Below, piece after piece: positions 63,149-64,000 of a stretch of 64,000 nt of DNA. Position numbers and translations under genes: made by a program. The DNA is from a bacterium. Its GTDB lineage: Bacteria; Hinthialibacterota; Hinthialibacteria; Hinthialibacterales; Hinthialibacteraceae. The notes under the pieces were generated by a model. That model made no database searches, was not told where the DNA came from, and was given only the letters and a program-made list of their open reading frames with translations. Where the stretch lies: contig JBHGBC010000005.1 of assembly GCA_041946805.1 (NCBI GenBank), positions 1-64,000 on the forward strand. Direction: 5' to 3'. Positions within the stretch are counted from its first letter, which is position 1. Each line of letters starts with the position of its first letter.

Positions 63149-63598
63149 TCACCGGTTCTGGATCGTCCACACGTCCTCAAACGCCTCCAGCGGGGCGCGG
63201 ATTTCGTCCGGATTCTTGGGGTTATAGGGCTCGGTGGGCAGGTTGACCAAGTAGGTGGCGTCCGACAGCGACATCTGCCCGTGCCACACCCCCGGCGGGA
63301 TCAGCAGCAGGGACGGCTCGCCCTCGTCGCCCAGAATCACGGTTTGATAGGTTCCCTTCGTGGGGCTGCCTTCCCGGTCGTCGTACAGGCCGATCTTCGA
63401 GGTGCCCGAAGCCACAAAGAACGCGTCGGTCTGCTTTTCATGCTTGTGCCAGGCCTTGATGACGCCCCGCCGCAGAAACGATACGTACACCTGCCCGAAT
63501 TGGATAAACTCCGGATCGTCCGCCCGCAGAATCTCCACCAGGTATCCCCGGTCATCGCAATGCCGCTTCCGCGGGATCAATTTCACGCCGTCGATCAT
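63149..63598 (-). CDS. dTDP-4-dehydrorhamnose 3,5-epimerase-family cupin
   Basis: DDRGYLVE, GVIKAWHKH..QTD, DDREGSPT and IPPGVWHG. Confidence 0.88.
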   Translation of the reverse strand: MIDGVKLIPRKRHCDDRGYLVEILRADDPEFIQFGQVYVSFLRRGVIKAWHKHEKQTDAFFVASGTSKIGLYDDREGSPTKGTYQTVILGDEGEPSLLLIPPGVWHGQMSLSDATYLVNLPTEPYNPKNPDEIRAPLEAFEDVWTIQNR

Positions 63599-63740
63599 AC
63601 CGCGCCTCGTTTCACATCCGTTTTGTCCCATGCTAGCATCCCCCCCGCGCGCGTTGAACCCATGACTTTCTCAGGCGATGGTTTTATCGTAGATCCTCGT
63701 AGGATTTCGATCGTCAATCCTCGCTCTCAAGGAGATCTCC

Positions 63741-64000
63741 ATGCGGGTATTGATACTTGGCTCCCGGGGGCAATTGGGCGCCGACCTGGTGCGCGCCTTC
63801 GCCGATTGCCCCGTCACACCCTGCACGTCCGAGGACCTGGACATCACCGACGAATCCCTCGTGCAGCAGCGGATCGCCTACACCGCGCCGGACCTGGTCA
63901 TCAACGCGGCCGCCTATACGCGGGTGGACGATTGCGAACGCGAGCCGCTCCGCGCCTTCCAGGTCAACGCCCTGGGCCCGCGCCACCTGGCCCTGGCTTG
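63741..64000 (+). CDS. rfbD: dTDP-4-dehydrorhamnose reductase (partial, runs off the window)
   Basis: Manual translation MRVLILGSRGQLG...LDITD...INAAAYTRVDDCE...VNA; AAGGAG RBS. Confidence 0.9.
   Translation, partial: MRVLILGSRGQLGADLVRAFADCPVTPCTSEDLDITDESLVQQRIAYTAPDLVINAAAYTRVDDCEREPLRAFQVNALGPRHLALA

Overview
A 64 kb window of a high-GC bacterial chromosome. The stand-alone pilin-like genes (FTLIELLIVVAIIGxLAAIAVPNFLNAQTRAK) resemble those of Ca. Hinthialibacterota/Sumerlaeota-like lineages, but this placement is inference only. Housekeeping genes include pyrG, fhs, valS, ndk, tRNA-Met(CAT), hemL, comM/yifB, prfB (programmed +1 frameshift), ahcY, metK, an lpxD-like gene, an rmlC-like gene and a partial rfbD. 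Accessory content includes: (i) a six-gene corrinoid methyl-transfer cluster (corrinoid protein, homocysteine S-methyltransferase domain, DUF1638, MtaA/UroD-like methyltransferase, ASKHA/RACo activator, fhs) with no pterin-binding module; (ii) an AT-richer three-gene islet encoding a LolA-like secreted protein, a Cys-rich secreted mini-protein and a pseudo-receiver-HTH regulator; (iii) two Maf/CgeB-type glycosyltransferases and a TIGR03663-like GT-C/NHL fusion; (iv) two stand-alone pilin-like paralogues, large secreted proteins, sugar enzymes and toxin-antitoxin genes. Intergenic DNA carries roughly eight families of REP/MITE-like repeats, almost all in one orientation. I saw no CRISPR array, rRNA, transposase, integrase or reverse transcriptase. 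All calls come from reading the sequence and recognising motifs; no database searches were run.
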